A stretch of DNA of 33,923 bases from Dimargaris cristalligena (Eukaryota), in contig ML002399.1 in the NCBI GenBank assembly GCA_003614675.1, positions 1-33,923 on the forward strand. Direction: 5' to 3'. The notes under the pieces are model-generated. The model made no database searches. It saw only the letters and a program-made list of their open reading frames with translations, and was not told where the DNA came from. A program made the position numbers and the translations under genes. Below, piece after piece: positions 1 through 11,600 of this stretch (position 1 is its first letter; every line of letters begins with the position of its first letter).

Positions 1-448
1 TAGATTCGGCCACTATTACTAGTTAAAAATACATTTCCCATATATTTTCCCATACGCGTATAATGTAAACCCTTATATAGCTGGGCCGAATTTCACCCAT
101 ATGCTATTTTACCTGCCTGTAACACGGCTCAAATACAGGTAATGGCCCGCGACTCATGCGGATAGTTCCATTAGAAAATACAGTGTCAGATAATGAAGTG
201 TGTGAGCATCCGGGGCCTTCATTGCGCCATTGCCATAATCAGTTAGACTCGTACACGATTCCTTTAATGGATTTCGACTGACCCGAGAGAAAACCTACTA
301 AAATCGTGTAATTTATGTTATTTTTTTTTGTACATGGCAAATAAACTAGGGGAAACGCACGAGAGGTCCTAAAATCAATTTTCTAAAATGCCGGCCATAG
401 TGGGGCATCTGGCTATCGTCAGACTCGAATAACGTTAATTGGTTCTAT

Positions 449-2042
449 TTACGCATGGGTAACCGGTTGGGCAGGGGATCCCAGCGAATTATGGAACAGC
501 TGGCTGACGCATTTTACGGCTGCCCATGGGTCAGCCTTGTAAGTCACGAAATGACCTTGGAGCTGCGCAGTACTAACGGGTGGTTTACCCTCCAAGGCCG
601 CGACGAAGTCATCGGCCAAGTCGGTCTTCCCCTCATAGAACCGCAGGAACATACGCCGGATCTGATGGGGCGTGGCGTCCCCCAGATAGACCTTCATGTC
701 CACCCGGCCGGGTCGAATGAGGGCTTGGTCGAGCAGTTCGATATGGTTGGTGGTCATGAGAATGATCCGCTCTTCGGACGAGGCCACGCCATCGAGGGCG
801 TTGAGGAGGCCGCTGAAAGTGACCATGGATTGGAACCTATTTGATGGGGACACCAAAATAATAATAATAATCAGTACATAGAAGTTGGAGGAGGGAGGGT
901 TGGAAAAAACGGGCAAGAAAAGGAGCAGCGATAGTGGGTAGTGGTGACGATTTGGCAAATCTGAAATACAGTCCACGGGTTAATACAGGGTAGTCAGACT
1001 TATATATAATGGACGGTGAGAGTCGATCGGTCAATGGATATCGCTGAGATAACCTCGACGATACTCAACCTGTGGCATTTCATAGTAAACTAGGCTACCA
1101 AGAGAGAGAGAGAGAGAGAGAGAGAGGGTATGTGGAAACTTACCCTTCCTGGTCGGATTGCTTGCGCTTGGCGAAAGCCGCGTCGACATCCTCCAACAGC
1201 ATGAGACTCCGCTCGGGCGCCACGCTTAACAGATGGTTAAGCCGGTCGTCGGTCAGGCCCCGTTCGCTCAGGTTCAGAATACAAATATTGTATTGCAAAT
1301 GCCCCGCGAGGGCCTGAATGAAGGACGTTTTACCACTCCCGGGCGGGCCGTAGAGCAAATAGCCGCGGCGATAGGGAATACCCCGCTTATTATACCACGC
1401 CTCATTGCTAATGAAATCCTCAACGTCCTGCATGATACTCTCGGCGATGCCCCGGTCCAGAATCACGGATTCGAGCAGGCGGCGTTTGCGCGGTAAACCA
1501 AACGGGCGCCATTCGGACCCCCAGCTGGTGTACATGACCGTCTTGCCCGTCTCTTTGGCCAGCGCGGCTTCCCGAGCGTCCTTCAAAAGGGTTTGGAAAA
1601 TCGACCGATCCCGACTCAGCGTGGTTAAGGTCACCGTTTCAAACGGATTCCCGGTGGACAGGTCCATGAGTCGCCCATCGCGCTGCCGTTCCACCTGCAG
1701 CCACACCCCTTTAAACTTAAAGTAGTGCTTACCTGGTCCCGGGACGAGGTTGAACGTACTCGTGATGCTCCCGTTGGTGTGTTGCCGGAAACTGGTTTCG
1801 ACCGCCAATTGTTGGGAATTGCGCCGGGTCACGTTGGCGTGACTGATCCAATTGAGAAACCACGGGTAACTCTTGTCGCGACTAGGGATTTCGAGGGTTA
1901 CGAGCAGGTTGCGGCGCGCTAAATCGAAGCCCCTCTGCATGCCCTGTCGTAGCACGGCCAGGCCCGCACCAACCCCGATCAGACCGAAGCCGGCGGAGAA
2001 GTAGGGGTTGCCGGTGACGCTGTCCAAGAAGCCCGACTCCAT
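449..2042 (-). CDS. BCS1: Mitochondrial AAA chaperone Bcs1 (Rieske Fe-S protein translocase for complex III assembly); complement(join(449..836,1144..2042)), 428 aa
   Basis: N-terminal [16 protein letters not shown] segment, [24 protein letters not shown], Walker A GPPGSGKT, Walker [20 protein letters not shown] and ALIRPGRVD. Intron 837..1143 (GG|GTAAGT donor at 1143, TAG acceptor at 837) joins the two ORF-track pieces in frame (QEG/FQSMVTF). Confidence 0.97.
1101..1126. repeat. (AG)13 microsatellite inside the BCS1 intron
   Basis: Perfect AG dinucleotide run read directly. It is (CT)13 on the transcribed strand, about 17 nt downstream of the donor. Confidence 0.95.
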
Positions 2043-5000
2043 TGCCGAGTAAAATAAAATATAATATAAACTGGGGAGAGAGGGTCGATCGTTTACAAAG
2101 TGGAATCACAAACGCTGAATGGTCTTCAATGTAAGTAGGGAAAATAAAGTTGGCCGGGTGAAGTTGGGGTTTGGGATTTAAAAGTCGCCCCAAAACTGGG
2201 GTTTGTGACTCAGTCAAGGAAGTCCTCAATGCGGCCTCAGTTCAGCTGTATGGTCTTTGGGTGCAACACAGCAACCTAGAAAGTACCTGGCTCTGGGTTA
2301 CTCCCCCCACGTTGCCAAAAAATAAACCATAGTGACGCTAGCTCAAACCCATTCCCTCTATAGCTACTTGGAATTCAACGTAACATAGTATTCAAGCAGG
2401 TTCTAAAATTCCTGGGTCTCCTATGCCAGGCTGAAGTAAGTCACAAACAGCAGTTATTCGGGGGCGGAGGTGGTCCCATGTAATACCCGCTTATATTTTT
2501 AATTGATACTCGGTTGCTTGGGAAAGCCACGTACAGTTTGCGGCAGTTGCTCCCTAGTCGATAGGGTGGTGTAATGCAACCGGGCGAGTAAGTCAGTAAT
2601 CATTCCGTAAATATAAATAGCCGTGGCTAATCTCGCTGGGAATAGTGTGGGAGGTGGTCCGTGATTGTAAATAGTCCACAGAACCGTCGGTTCCCAGCCT
2701 GAACGGCATGGTTGAACAGTAGATATATCCATAATTAAGTATAGGCTACTCCCCCCTACGCTCCGCTCAATCGTCTATGAGGTGCACAGCGTGGGGTCCT
2801 ACAATATATCATCCCGCTACTCTGACCTTCTTACACCCTAAGACCAAGTGTTGCACACTGGCTTAAGCCATCCGTACTGGCGATATCCACTTTATGGACA
2901 TGCGAAACCATTCGGGAGGCCGCAGTTATTCGCAAGCCATGGTCAGGTGAAGGGTTTTCCAATCCTTCGTCGTCCCACCGCTTGTGATAAGGACCAGCTG
3001 GTCGAATAGCACTTTAACCATATGAGTGAAATTCAGCCCAACTGTATAAGGTTTGCAGTGGTATGTGTATGGGAAAACATGTTATAAATGTGATTTTAGT
3101 CAGAAGTAATTTCCTCTTCCAACAGATCTTTCGTTATATACAGCCTTGACGAACTTGTCCCGTATTCACCGCCAGAGTCCCACCCAAGCAGTGCCATTCT
3201 GCTACCAATTACCACCCAAACTGTGGTGGATCCGCGCGAGTAATATGCCAGGCCTTGAACGAGACACTACCTTCTCTTTTTCTCATGTTTGTCGTTAAAG
3301 CAATCTAAAGCAAATAAACTAATCCAGTTATCCCCCAACCCACTAAGTGGGAAAGCTTAGACAATGGGATTAACCCAAAATAACGCAAATGGCAGCTGCG
3401 TATACACTGCATCTAGCCGACCGATGATGCGATTCATAGAATCGGTGTTTATAGCACCGCAAACAGGGAAAACGAAGACTTTGAGTTGCTTGGGTTCCAT
3501 TCCTCTAACCAGTCCAACGGCGGAATGATTGTCTAGCTGGATAATTAGTCGTGGGGGTGGAGTAGGTAAGAAGCTGGGCTTGTCAGTGGGCCACTCATGG
3601 CCGGAAAAGCGGCGTGTAAAAAATATATCCAACAGACTGTATACATTGCCATTATTAACACTGATAAATTCAATTACAATACCCGTGTCAGGATAAATCG
3701 CGTATGCCATAATACGAGATCTGCCGGCAACATGAGATTGTTAGATAGGTAGCCGTACGTTTTTTTCTAGATAGTACTCATGAAGGTGCTTGGCACTGCA
3801 ATCGGTGCGAGAAATGGCAGGCTAGATTTGTATCCACACTCCCTCTAGATTTCTTTCCCACTCCTAGACACAAACAAATGATCAATACTCAGCCTTCCCG
3901 CTCACACCACCTCCTAACAACCCCACGGTAGATAAGCCTAGTTTGGGGGCGGTTCTATGGAAAGCTGCCTATTGTACTCCTATAGGTTTGGAAGAACCCC
4001 CTTGTTCTCGGTTACGGCGACTCCATCGATTCGAACTTTAGCGGGGAAACCCTGAGTATGAAACCCCGCGCTCCACACTAAATGCCCCTTTCTGAAGGAG
4101 CTGACTATTAGTGGACTGCTGATGTGCCAACTCTTATGTCCTTACGATAAGATGGGTATTTCCGAGATAACGAACGCACGGAAAATGGCAAGGGTGTGGT
4201 TTCCATCGCGCTCTTTAGCTGGAGAGCTATACACCTAATAACTACCAAGTGCATGGTGTAGCAGGGTTAGCAAATGACCAACGCTGAGCGGGTCATTACG
4301 TCTTTTCCACCACCATCCAGGTCACGGCCCAGGACCGCATGACAAGGGGATATTGTCTGTCCCCTTCCTTTACATCATATACACCCCATTATTATTCGCC
4401 TAAACTCCATAAAGAGCCATACACGGTGCGTACGATCACCTCAACGTTCAAAGTGCCTGAGGTTACGGGTAGAGCCACCCCTACCCAGGCAATACCAGAT
4501 CCCCAATTCAAATCCAAATAAAACGAACAGCGCCAGAGTTTCAGTGTAGCATGGAAAAATGACCTCTATAATAGTCGGCTATTTTGGGCGATATAATAGC
4601 TATGCTAAGATCAGTAGTCTAGCCCGATGACTCGACCCATCCCCTCCCCTTCTTTCCCCCTTTTTCTTCTCCACCCCGACAAAACGGCCCCGACATCTTT
4701 TTATCATTGACCCCATGGTCGCAAAAACAAACCCTTCATGCAAAAATAAAATGTATGTCGGAGGACCCATGCCACCCAGCGGGGCTCGGCCACCTTGGAC
4801 TCCCAAACTGCCCAACTAGGCATTAAATGAAACACCTCAACAGGAATTGTTTTACCCATTATATTCGCTAATTAAATAGGCCTGCCTTGAGTGCGATATA
4901 AACAAAGAAGGAGGCAGCAAAATAGAGGATGGGGTCACGGTGTAGAGAGACACCGCCACTTTTAGTCAGACCCACATGATCAGCTCAAACACCACCACAC

Positions 5001-7599
5001 ATTTCCCATCCTACCTTATTCAATAATTGGCACATTAGGTCGCCTGCTAGTGCCTTGCAACCACTTGCGATTGACCCTGTGTTTATTTTTATCCTACCCG
5101 CTTGATGTAAAAATAGAGGGTATGGGGGCCATGGCGAAGGTTGAATATTGAAGCGGCGAACATCCGGATGAACCCTATTTATGACCGTGGTCCGGAAATA
5201 TATTACAGGGGTGATTGATTAAAATTGGTTACAACCAGCCATCCATCAGTTATGACCTTCGCTTGAATTGACCATATTACCGCCATGCATCGCTACTGCT
5301 GGCCCGGGGCCAAGGAAGATGCAACGATCATCGCATGGGTCTCGGCCTCTCATTTTTGGACCAAAAAGGTAAGCGAATCGAATGAATGTAGTAGGCGTAA
5401 ATATATATATTCGGCTAATTTGCGGGGTACTGTGAGATAACTCCAATTTGAAAATCCTTGATTATAAGGATTGGCCCTCACTGAGTGGTATTTACTTAAT
5501 ATTGCCATTACGGAGCCTTCGCACGGTGCCGGTGGTGGAGTGGGTATTTCCACGTTGAACAATGGGTTCTTTAAGGCTTGGTAAACTTTACTAGGTTACT
5601 GGTCCGAATCCTGCGCCCTCCATTGTGAATACATGAAGCTGGAAGGTGGTCGTCGCTCTCCTCCCATTCGCATAATGGCCTAGGATGACGCCCATTTTTT
5701 AAAGTTTCCGAGCAAAATATTCCCGGGTGGGTTGAATTGGAAGGCCTGATAATCTCTTCCAGATGGGGGGCAGCACCCCTCCCCTCTTCTCCTTCTCCTT
5801 CACCAACTCCTGGAGTTTACCATTGTTTGTTTCAACAGCTTTCACCATCGCTACCCGACCCTCTTCTTCACCCGATTCAATTCCATCCATGGTGCCTTTT
5901 TCCAGGAGGACCGGTATGGAAGGAGGAGGAGGAGGAGGGGATTCACATCCAAAACCGTTACTGCGCCCCTGGAAGTCCTTAGGCCATGGAAATAGCCACC
6001 ATCGTGGCTCTTAATTTAGAGCAAGTATACCCTGAAGTGATTGCCTATTTTCCAAATTCCGGATTACCCAACGACTCGGTAGTCCATACAATACCTAGTG
6101 GAGGTGCTATGCCCCCCCCCCGACTCCCGCATTGGGTCTCGATTATGTCTTCCGAGACACACGCAAACCCCTCCTTTAGGGCCATATTAATTCGTAAGGT
6201 CTCTCCCCGGGACTACTGCCCAAAAGCCATCGTGGTCTCGTTTCATCAGCGAATTTACTTCCCATTTTAGCCATCGGGTCTAGCGAAGGACTAATCCCGT
6301 GTGGATAATACTCGGAAGTAGTAGGCCTTCACGGTTTCGAAAAGGGATTGGAAAGGCCGGCAAGATTCGGAATTAACCGTAAACAGAAAAATATTTACAC
6401 ACCACTTTCCCCGAAAGGTAAATTAAGCATTCTTCGCATTTTTAATGATTTACTATAGAGCCAGACCCGGTGACATTAATAGTAAATAACTCCTTCGTCG
6501 CCTAGCAACCTCCCTCGACGATCAGTCCGTGTAATCCGGATAGATAAGTGGCCTCACCCTGCTTCGCCCTAGTTTACTATCACTCTTTTCTAGCCATAAT
6601 CTTAAGAAAAGCCCCCCCCTCTTCGAGAATTATAATACGGTGGTATCCGGCCACCTCTTCCTGCCAAATATGGGCAAAGAAAACCTCGATTGTCGGGTAT
6701 TCCCAGCATCTAACAGTGGCCCCATCGACCCCAACGGTCATGTGGGACCGTTGTAATCAAATATTTACAAAACTAATGGTCAATATTCCTCATTTAATAA
6801 ATTTTAATCGATTTAGGGGGGTTTTGTTATCCCCCTCCCCCACCCCGTGGAAATCTCCACCACCAGGAAGGCTAATTAATGCCAACGGTCATTCCCCTTA
6901 TTCCGGTATTTAGCCCTATCGTGAGATACTTTGGTCGTTTCATTCCGATTTTCTGACACATCTTTCCTAGAAGTTACGCCGACTAGTTTCAGAACTAGCT
7001 CACTCCCCCCACCGCCAACGCAAAAAATTAAAGACGTCCTGAATAGGTGCTATTGGGATTTCCACGGAAGATTAGACAGTAGGTTCCCTGATGTATCCGC
7101 GTACTGGTGAAAGTAAGTGATGAAAGAAAGACGGAACCTACGATGGATAAACAATGGTAGTCACCTCCCCCCCCATTTCCTATTCGGTATTCTCCTAGCA
7201 AGATTATCAAGTTTATAGATGCGTCAGTCATTGTTCCGTAGGCAATAAGAAACCGGTACTCGGTTCAAGATTAGGTTTATTGTCATCTAATGGCATGGTT
7301 AACTGGCCCGGTTTAATGAGCCCGGGTAGTGTATAAATAAGGGGGACGTCGGTAACGTTAAAAATGAATGGTATGTAAAGTACAGTAGTGGGGAGAGACA
7401 TAAATATATCAACCTCATATGCAAAATAGCATCAGGCGTTAGGTCTCGATGGCATCAGGTCATTAATATAACATACATACAGGGCGATTAAAATACATAA
7501 TATAATAATATTTTTAAATAATCGTAGTAATAATAAATAGACCTCTAATTTCGTTAAAAAGGAGGGACGAAGGTAGTTGGGATGGTACAGGAAAGACGC

Positions 7600-7893
7600 T
7601 TAACTGCATACCAGCGCTTTTATCCTCTTCCAAAGCGACTTCTTCGTCCGGGGCCTCGAGTTTCTCGAGTAGCGGTCCGTGTAACTCCAGGCGGCCGAGG
7701 GACTGGCGGTACTATTGTAGTACGGCGATCCCATGAGCGGCGAGTCCACGTCCTCATCGCTCGAATAGCCGCCGAACTGATTCTTGTAGATGCGCTGCTC
7801 ACAGGCAGAGCACGAACAGTTTCGGTGACACCGACAGTCACAGTAAGCGGCGCTGGCGCACGGATTCCTAAAAAAGCATGAGTGACACTGCAT
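7600..7893 (-). CDS. Hypothetical 97-aa Cys-rich microprotein (N-terminal metal-binding-like cluster, basic amphipathic C-terminus)
   Basis: ATG to TAA. Nine Cys and two His lie in the first 31 aa, followed by a Ser/Pro/acidic middle and the tail KKSLWKRIKALVCS. There is no minus-strand ATG for 750 nt upstream, and an AT-rich 3' region follows (about 7400-7560). No recognised homolog. Confidence 0.6.
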   Translation of the reverse strand: MQCHSCFFRNPCASAAYCDCRCHRNCSCSACEQRIYKNQFGGYSSDEDVDSPLMGSPYYNSTASPSAAWSYTDRYSRNSRPRTKKSLWKRIKALVCS

Positions 7894-8644
7894 GCTGGAC
7901 TACTTCTTGGAAAGTCGCAGGAGAGTGATCGCCAAAGGGAGTATAGGCGGTACTCGACAGTTGCCAGTAAAAAGGGACACCGGGGCCGGGAATGGGCGGG
8001 TTGGTCGCCTCTACAGTTGGTAGAGCTGAAAAGAGGTGTGGTGAAGGGAAGGAAGCGGGAGGGGGGGGTGACTTGACGATACGCCGGGACTTTTTATTAA
8101 ACCGAGAAATGAAGGACACTTGGGGGAGAGGGAGGGTAATGGGAAGGGAAGGGAAGGCGGAAGGGGCCTTAAATTGGCGAAGTTTTGTTATTTTCAAACC
8201 CGGTGGCCGTATAGAAAGACAGAGCTATTTGACGCCTTGGTCGCTTGCCTACGAGAATTAAGTTAGAGACTTATAATACCGGCGGCGGCGGTGGGGGGGG
8301 GGGCACACAGGAACTGGTGCGAAATAAGTGCGTTTGCCTGCAGTGGACGAGGGGGGACGCAATAAATAAATAGCCAACACCGAAAATAGCCGGGTATGGT
8401 TGAGTAAATATTAAATGCAATATTAAAGGACGGTGGTGTGCGAATGTTGTCAATTAATGACGGGTGCGGCAGTAGAGTGGGAAGAAGGGAAAGAACCGGG
8501 CAGACGTTGCTGATAGTGGAAAAGAGAGATAGAGAAGTAGTGGTGGTAATAAACGCTGGGACAAGAGCCGAAACAAGCGACCAATGATAACGATGAACAG
8601 ATTGAGCCCAGGCCGAGGGATCCACGAGTTTCGATTATATATTC

Positions 8645-8669
8645 ATATATATATATATATATATATATA
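8645..8669. repeat. (AT)12 microsatellite, possibly the TATA-like element of the minus-strand microprotein gene
   Basis: Perfect AT run located exactly at the upstream edge of the ATG-free leader (7894-8643). Confidence 0.85.
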
Positions 8670-11600
8670 GGCAAATAAGAACAATGAAGAAGACGGAGGG
8701 AGGGAACACGGTCGTTTTATAATGAACAGGACGTCCTCATCGGGATCTCGGAAGGAATGGGGGGAGATGAAACTATCGTAGGGAGAATGGGACGGAAACA
8801 ACCAGACAGGCGCTACGTTAGGGTTGTCCTAAGATGGTCATGGATAGAGAGGAACAGGACTCGCCTATGGGGCGATTCACCACGCCACAGCTTTTAAGCG
8901 GGAATAGGGTGACCACCAGGAAAAGGGTCTAATTGAAAAAGGGGCCGGGTGTGACCTATAAACGGATGACCGATTTAGCACTCAGGGCGCGAAGGGGAGG
9001 GGAGGATGTATAATAAAAAGGAGGAGGAAAGGAAGGATGGGAGGAGTGTGAGCGGGTCGCGAAACTATATAAAATCGGCTTTCCGAGAGCCGGGGCGGAG
9101 TGTGAACAATGCAGGGAAATCCTAATGTACGGCCTGTGAAGATAATGAAACTGGAAATTATCGATGGTCTAGCCAGCGATCACTTGCTGTGCAGGCAGGC
9201 GCTTAACAGAGGAGAGAAGCCGAGAAAAAGCGGGGGAGTATTGGAGAAGTAGAAGAGGGCGGATAGCAGGGATGAGAAGTGGGTAGAGGGGGTTAGGTAG
9301 GCTAGGTCAAGGAAGAGGGAAGCTGCTGGCATTTATATACTCCGGCGGGGAACTCTGGCTATCTGTCCTCCGCCGTATTCCACATACTGTAGTAAACCAG
9401 AACCTGGGAACGGGTATATCGAATATTCAGGTTGAGCTATAGGGGGATTTGAGAGTTTCCTCTCCCAAGCCTTATGTCAGCCGTGATTGAGTTAATTAGT
9501 CGGCCCGCTGCTTAATAACGTGGAACTGGAATGGGGAGCGGGAGAGGGGCTGTTAATGCGGTGGCCAAGGCGAAGAAGATGAGTCCAGCTGGCCCGGTTC
9601 ACATCACGTGTCCATAAATGCTGAAGCCAGAGCTGACTAGGGATGGTGGTGGGTAGATTCGATGATGACGGCGAGGCGCAGGGTGCGGGTCCGAGCGGTG
9701 TTGTCCCTACTGCCTTTGTTTTCTGACTAAATATTAATGAATGCCCCAAATTGGTGATTAATAATTTTAAACTCAATGGGCGATACCTATCCCTATGGTT
9801 CACTAACCATCCAGACACTCTTTTATTTACGCAAGCTCCGTTTGTCGGGCGGTAAGGAGCCCTCCTGGTCGAGTTATTAGCTATAACCAGTCTACTAAGT
9901 GCGGGTTTTTGGTGAAAGATGGCGTATTTGTCACTAATGGGTGTGCAGTAAGGGACCAGTGGTGTATTATCCACGCTGACCAGCGAGTGGCTGGTACCAT
10001 CTCGGGAACTGTTTTCGAGCACCCTTATTTTCTCTATACCCTCTCGCCATTTCTAGTCACTAGACTGCTGCTGGGTCGCGGCATAGGCCAATACCTTACC
10101 CTAACAGGACTAGTGGCCACTACATGATTCACTCGGCTAGGGCCAGACGGAATAGGAACCGTCGAAGGTTCTATCTATACGTTCGGGAATGGACCATCAT
10201 CGTCAAGTCTAGTTATTTTAAACGTTTCAGACCTCTGTGGAGGAGGGTGCCGTTTGTGAATGACTACAGGCCAATTCCGCCCAGCAGCCAAACCCAGCGT
10301 TCCAAAACGAACCTCTGTAGTCACTTCAATTGGCCAAAATTTGGTATGACTCAAGGCACCTGGCCAGAAAGGCTGGGCTACTATAACCCTAGTTGGGATA
10401 TTATAGTAATATGCGGCACACCTTTTCCCCACTCTAAATTGCCCCGTGAACTTGCTGGACCAGCGCCTAGCATGAAACGGCCGGGGAAGCGGAAAAACAT
10501 AACCCAGTGGTAGGTATTGCCATAGGGATCACGAGCCATTCTAAACTGTGTTTAGCCTGATTGTGAAGATATAGTAAAGTGAGAAGCACACAAATGCTCG
10601 TGCTTCGCCTATGTCATTGTAGTAATCCGACACCCTTGACCCAAAATCATGAAACAAATGGGGGACCAGACAGGATTCCTGGAGTGTTTCCTTTTTACCC
10701 ACTTCCAGCTGGTCTAGTTTCCTCCCCTTGACCTCGTTGATTTCCTTCTACAAGACTTGTTAAGCCAGAGGCTAGATTAGGCTGATAAGCGCTTAGACGC
10801 GGGTTTCCTAACTAACCAAGTCGTCCAGCAATCCTAAACCCTGAAATCGCAGTCATGGCCAAGTATATCCCCAGGCCATCCCGACTTAAATTGTTCAACT
10901 TCGCGGATTGGCAAGTCTTGTATTTCCCATTTGGTGCTCCTTCTAGTCGTTTAAAGCGGACAATGGCGACAGAGTAGGCCGTTGCCATTTCAACTTGAAA
11001 CCCCGTCTGTTATATCGGTCACTGGGCCATTATAAATAAATAATCCAGCAATGTAGCAAACTCTAGTGCTAGTTCTACGCTAATTCACCCAACACCTTTC
11101 CTATCTGGAAGAGCCCTAGACATACAGTAATCTCGACGGTATGGCCCTTAGCGATGGATATTCAGCTGGCTCGGGAAATCTCGGCCCATGTGCCCTAGTC
11201 CCATCATTACTCCCCTGCCGCCAATCCTTCCCAACTCCATGGGCTTCCAGGGTCCGCAGACGGCGATCGTCACCCATATTTACCTCCCTGAGATTAAATG
11301 AGTAAATTCCGAGTTACATCATTATCTAACTTAGATTGGATCAATCTTAGCCAAGGGGATTTGCGGTTTATGTTTGGAATCCCCGCTTACTGTTCTCCCA
11401 GTTTCTGAAATATACCTCTTTGCCAATATAGACTGTTTCAACGAGCACATCATTTGGTACCTTCCCTAGATTAAAATATAAGGATAATGAGAGGGGGTCA
11501 TTCAAGTGGTAAAACGGGCAATCCGTTTGATGAGACAGGTCTTACTAGTTAAAAATAACCATCCTAGCCATCCCCCATATACACCTACCATCTTAAATCT

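Noticed and set aside
837..976. N-terminal part of ORF 449..976 (MDCISDL...)
   Set aside because: Lies within the BCS1 intron; homology begins only at 836.
455..1922. Plus-strand ORFs overlapping BCS1
   Set aside because: Antisense shadows of a codon-biased gene, with no protein-like features.
5246..6913. Cluster of short ORFs on both strands, considered as a transposon or pseudogene relic
   Set aside because: No RT, integrase, transposase or other recognisable motif in the frames I read.
9662..9726. C/D snoRNA-like ATGATGA...CTGA
   Set aside because: No convincing terminal stem or C'/D' boxes, and no rRNA-complementary guide that I can verify.
9492..10513. 176-aa and 129-aa ORFs
   Set aside because: No recognisable domain or codon bias, and the longer one has a non-ATG start. 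Lengths are compatible with chance.
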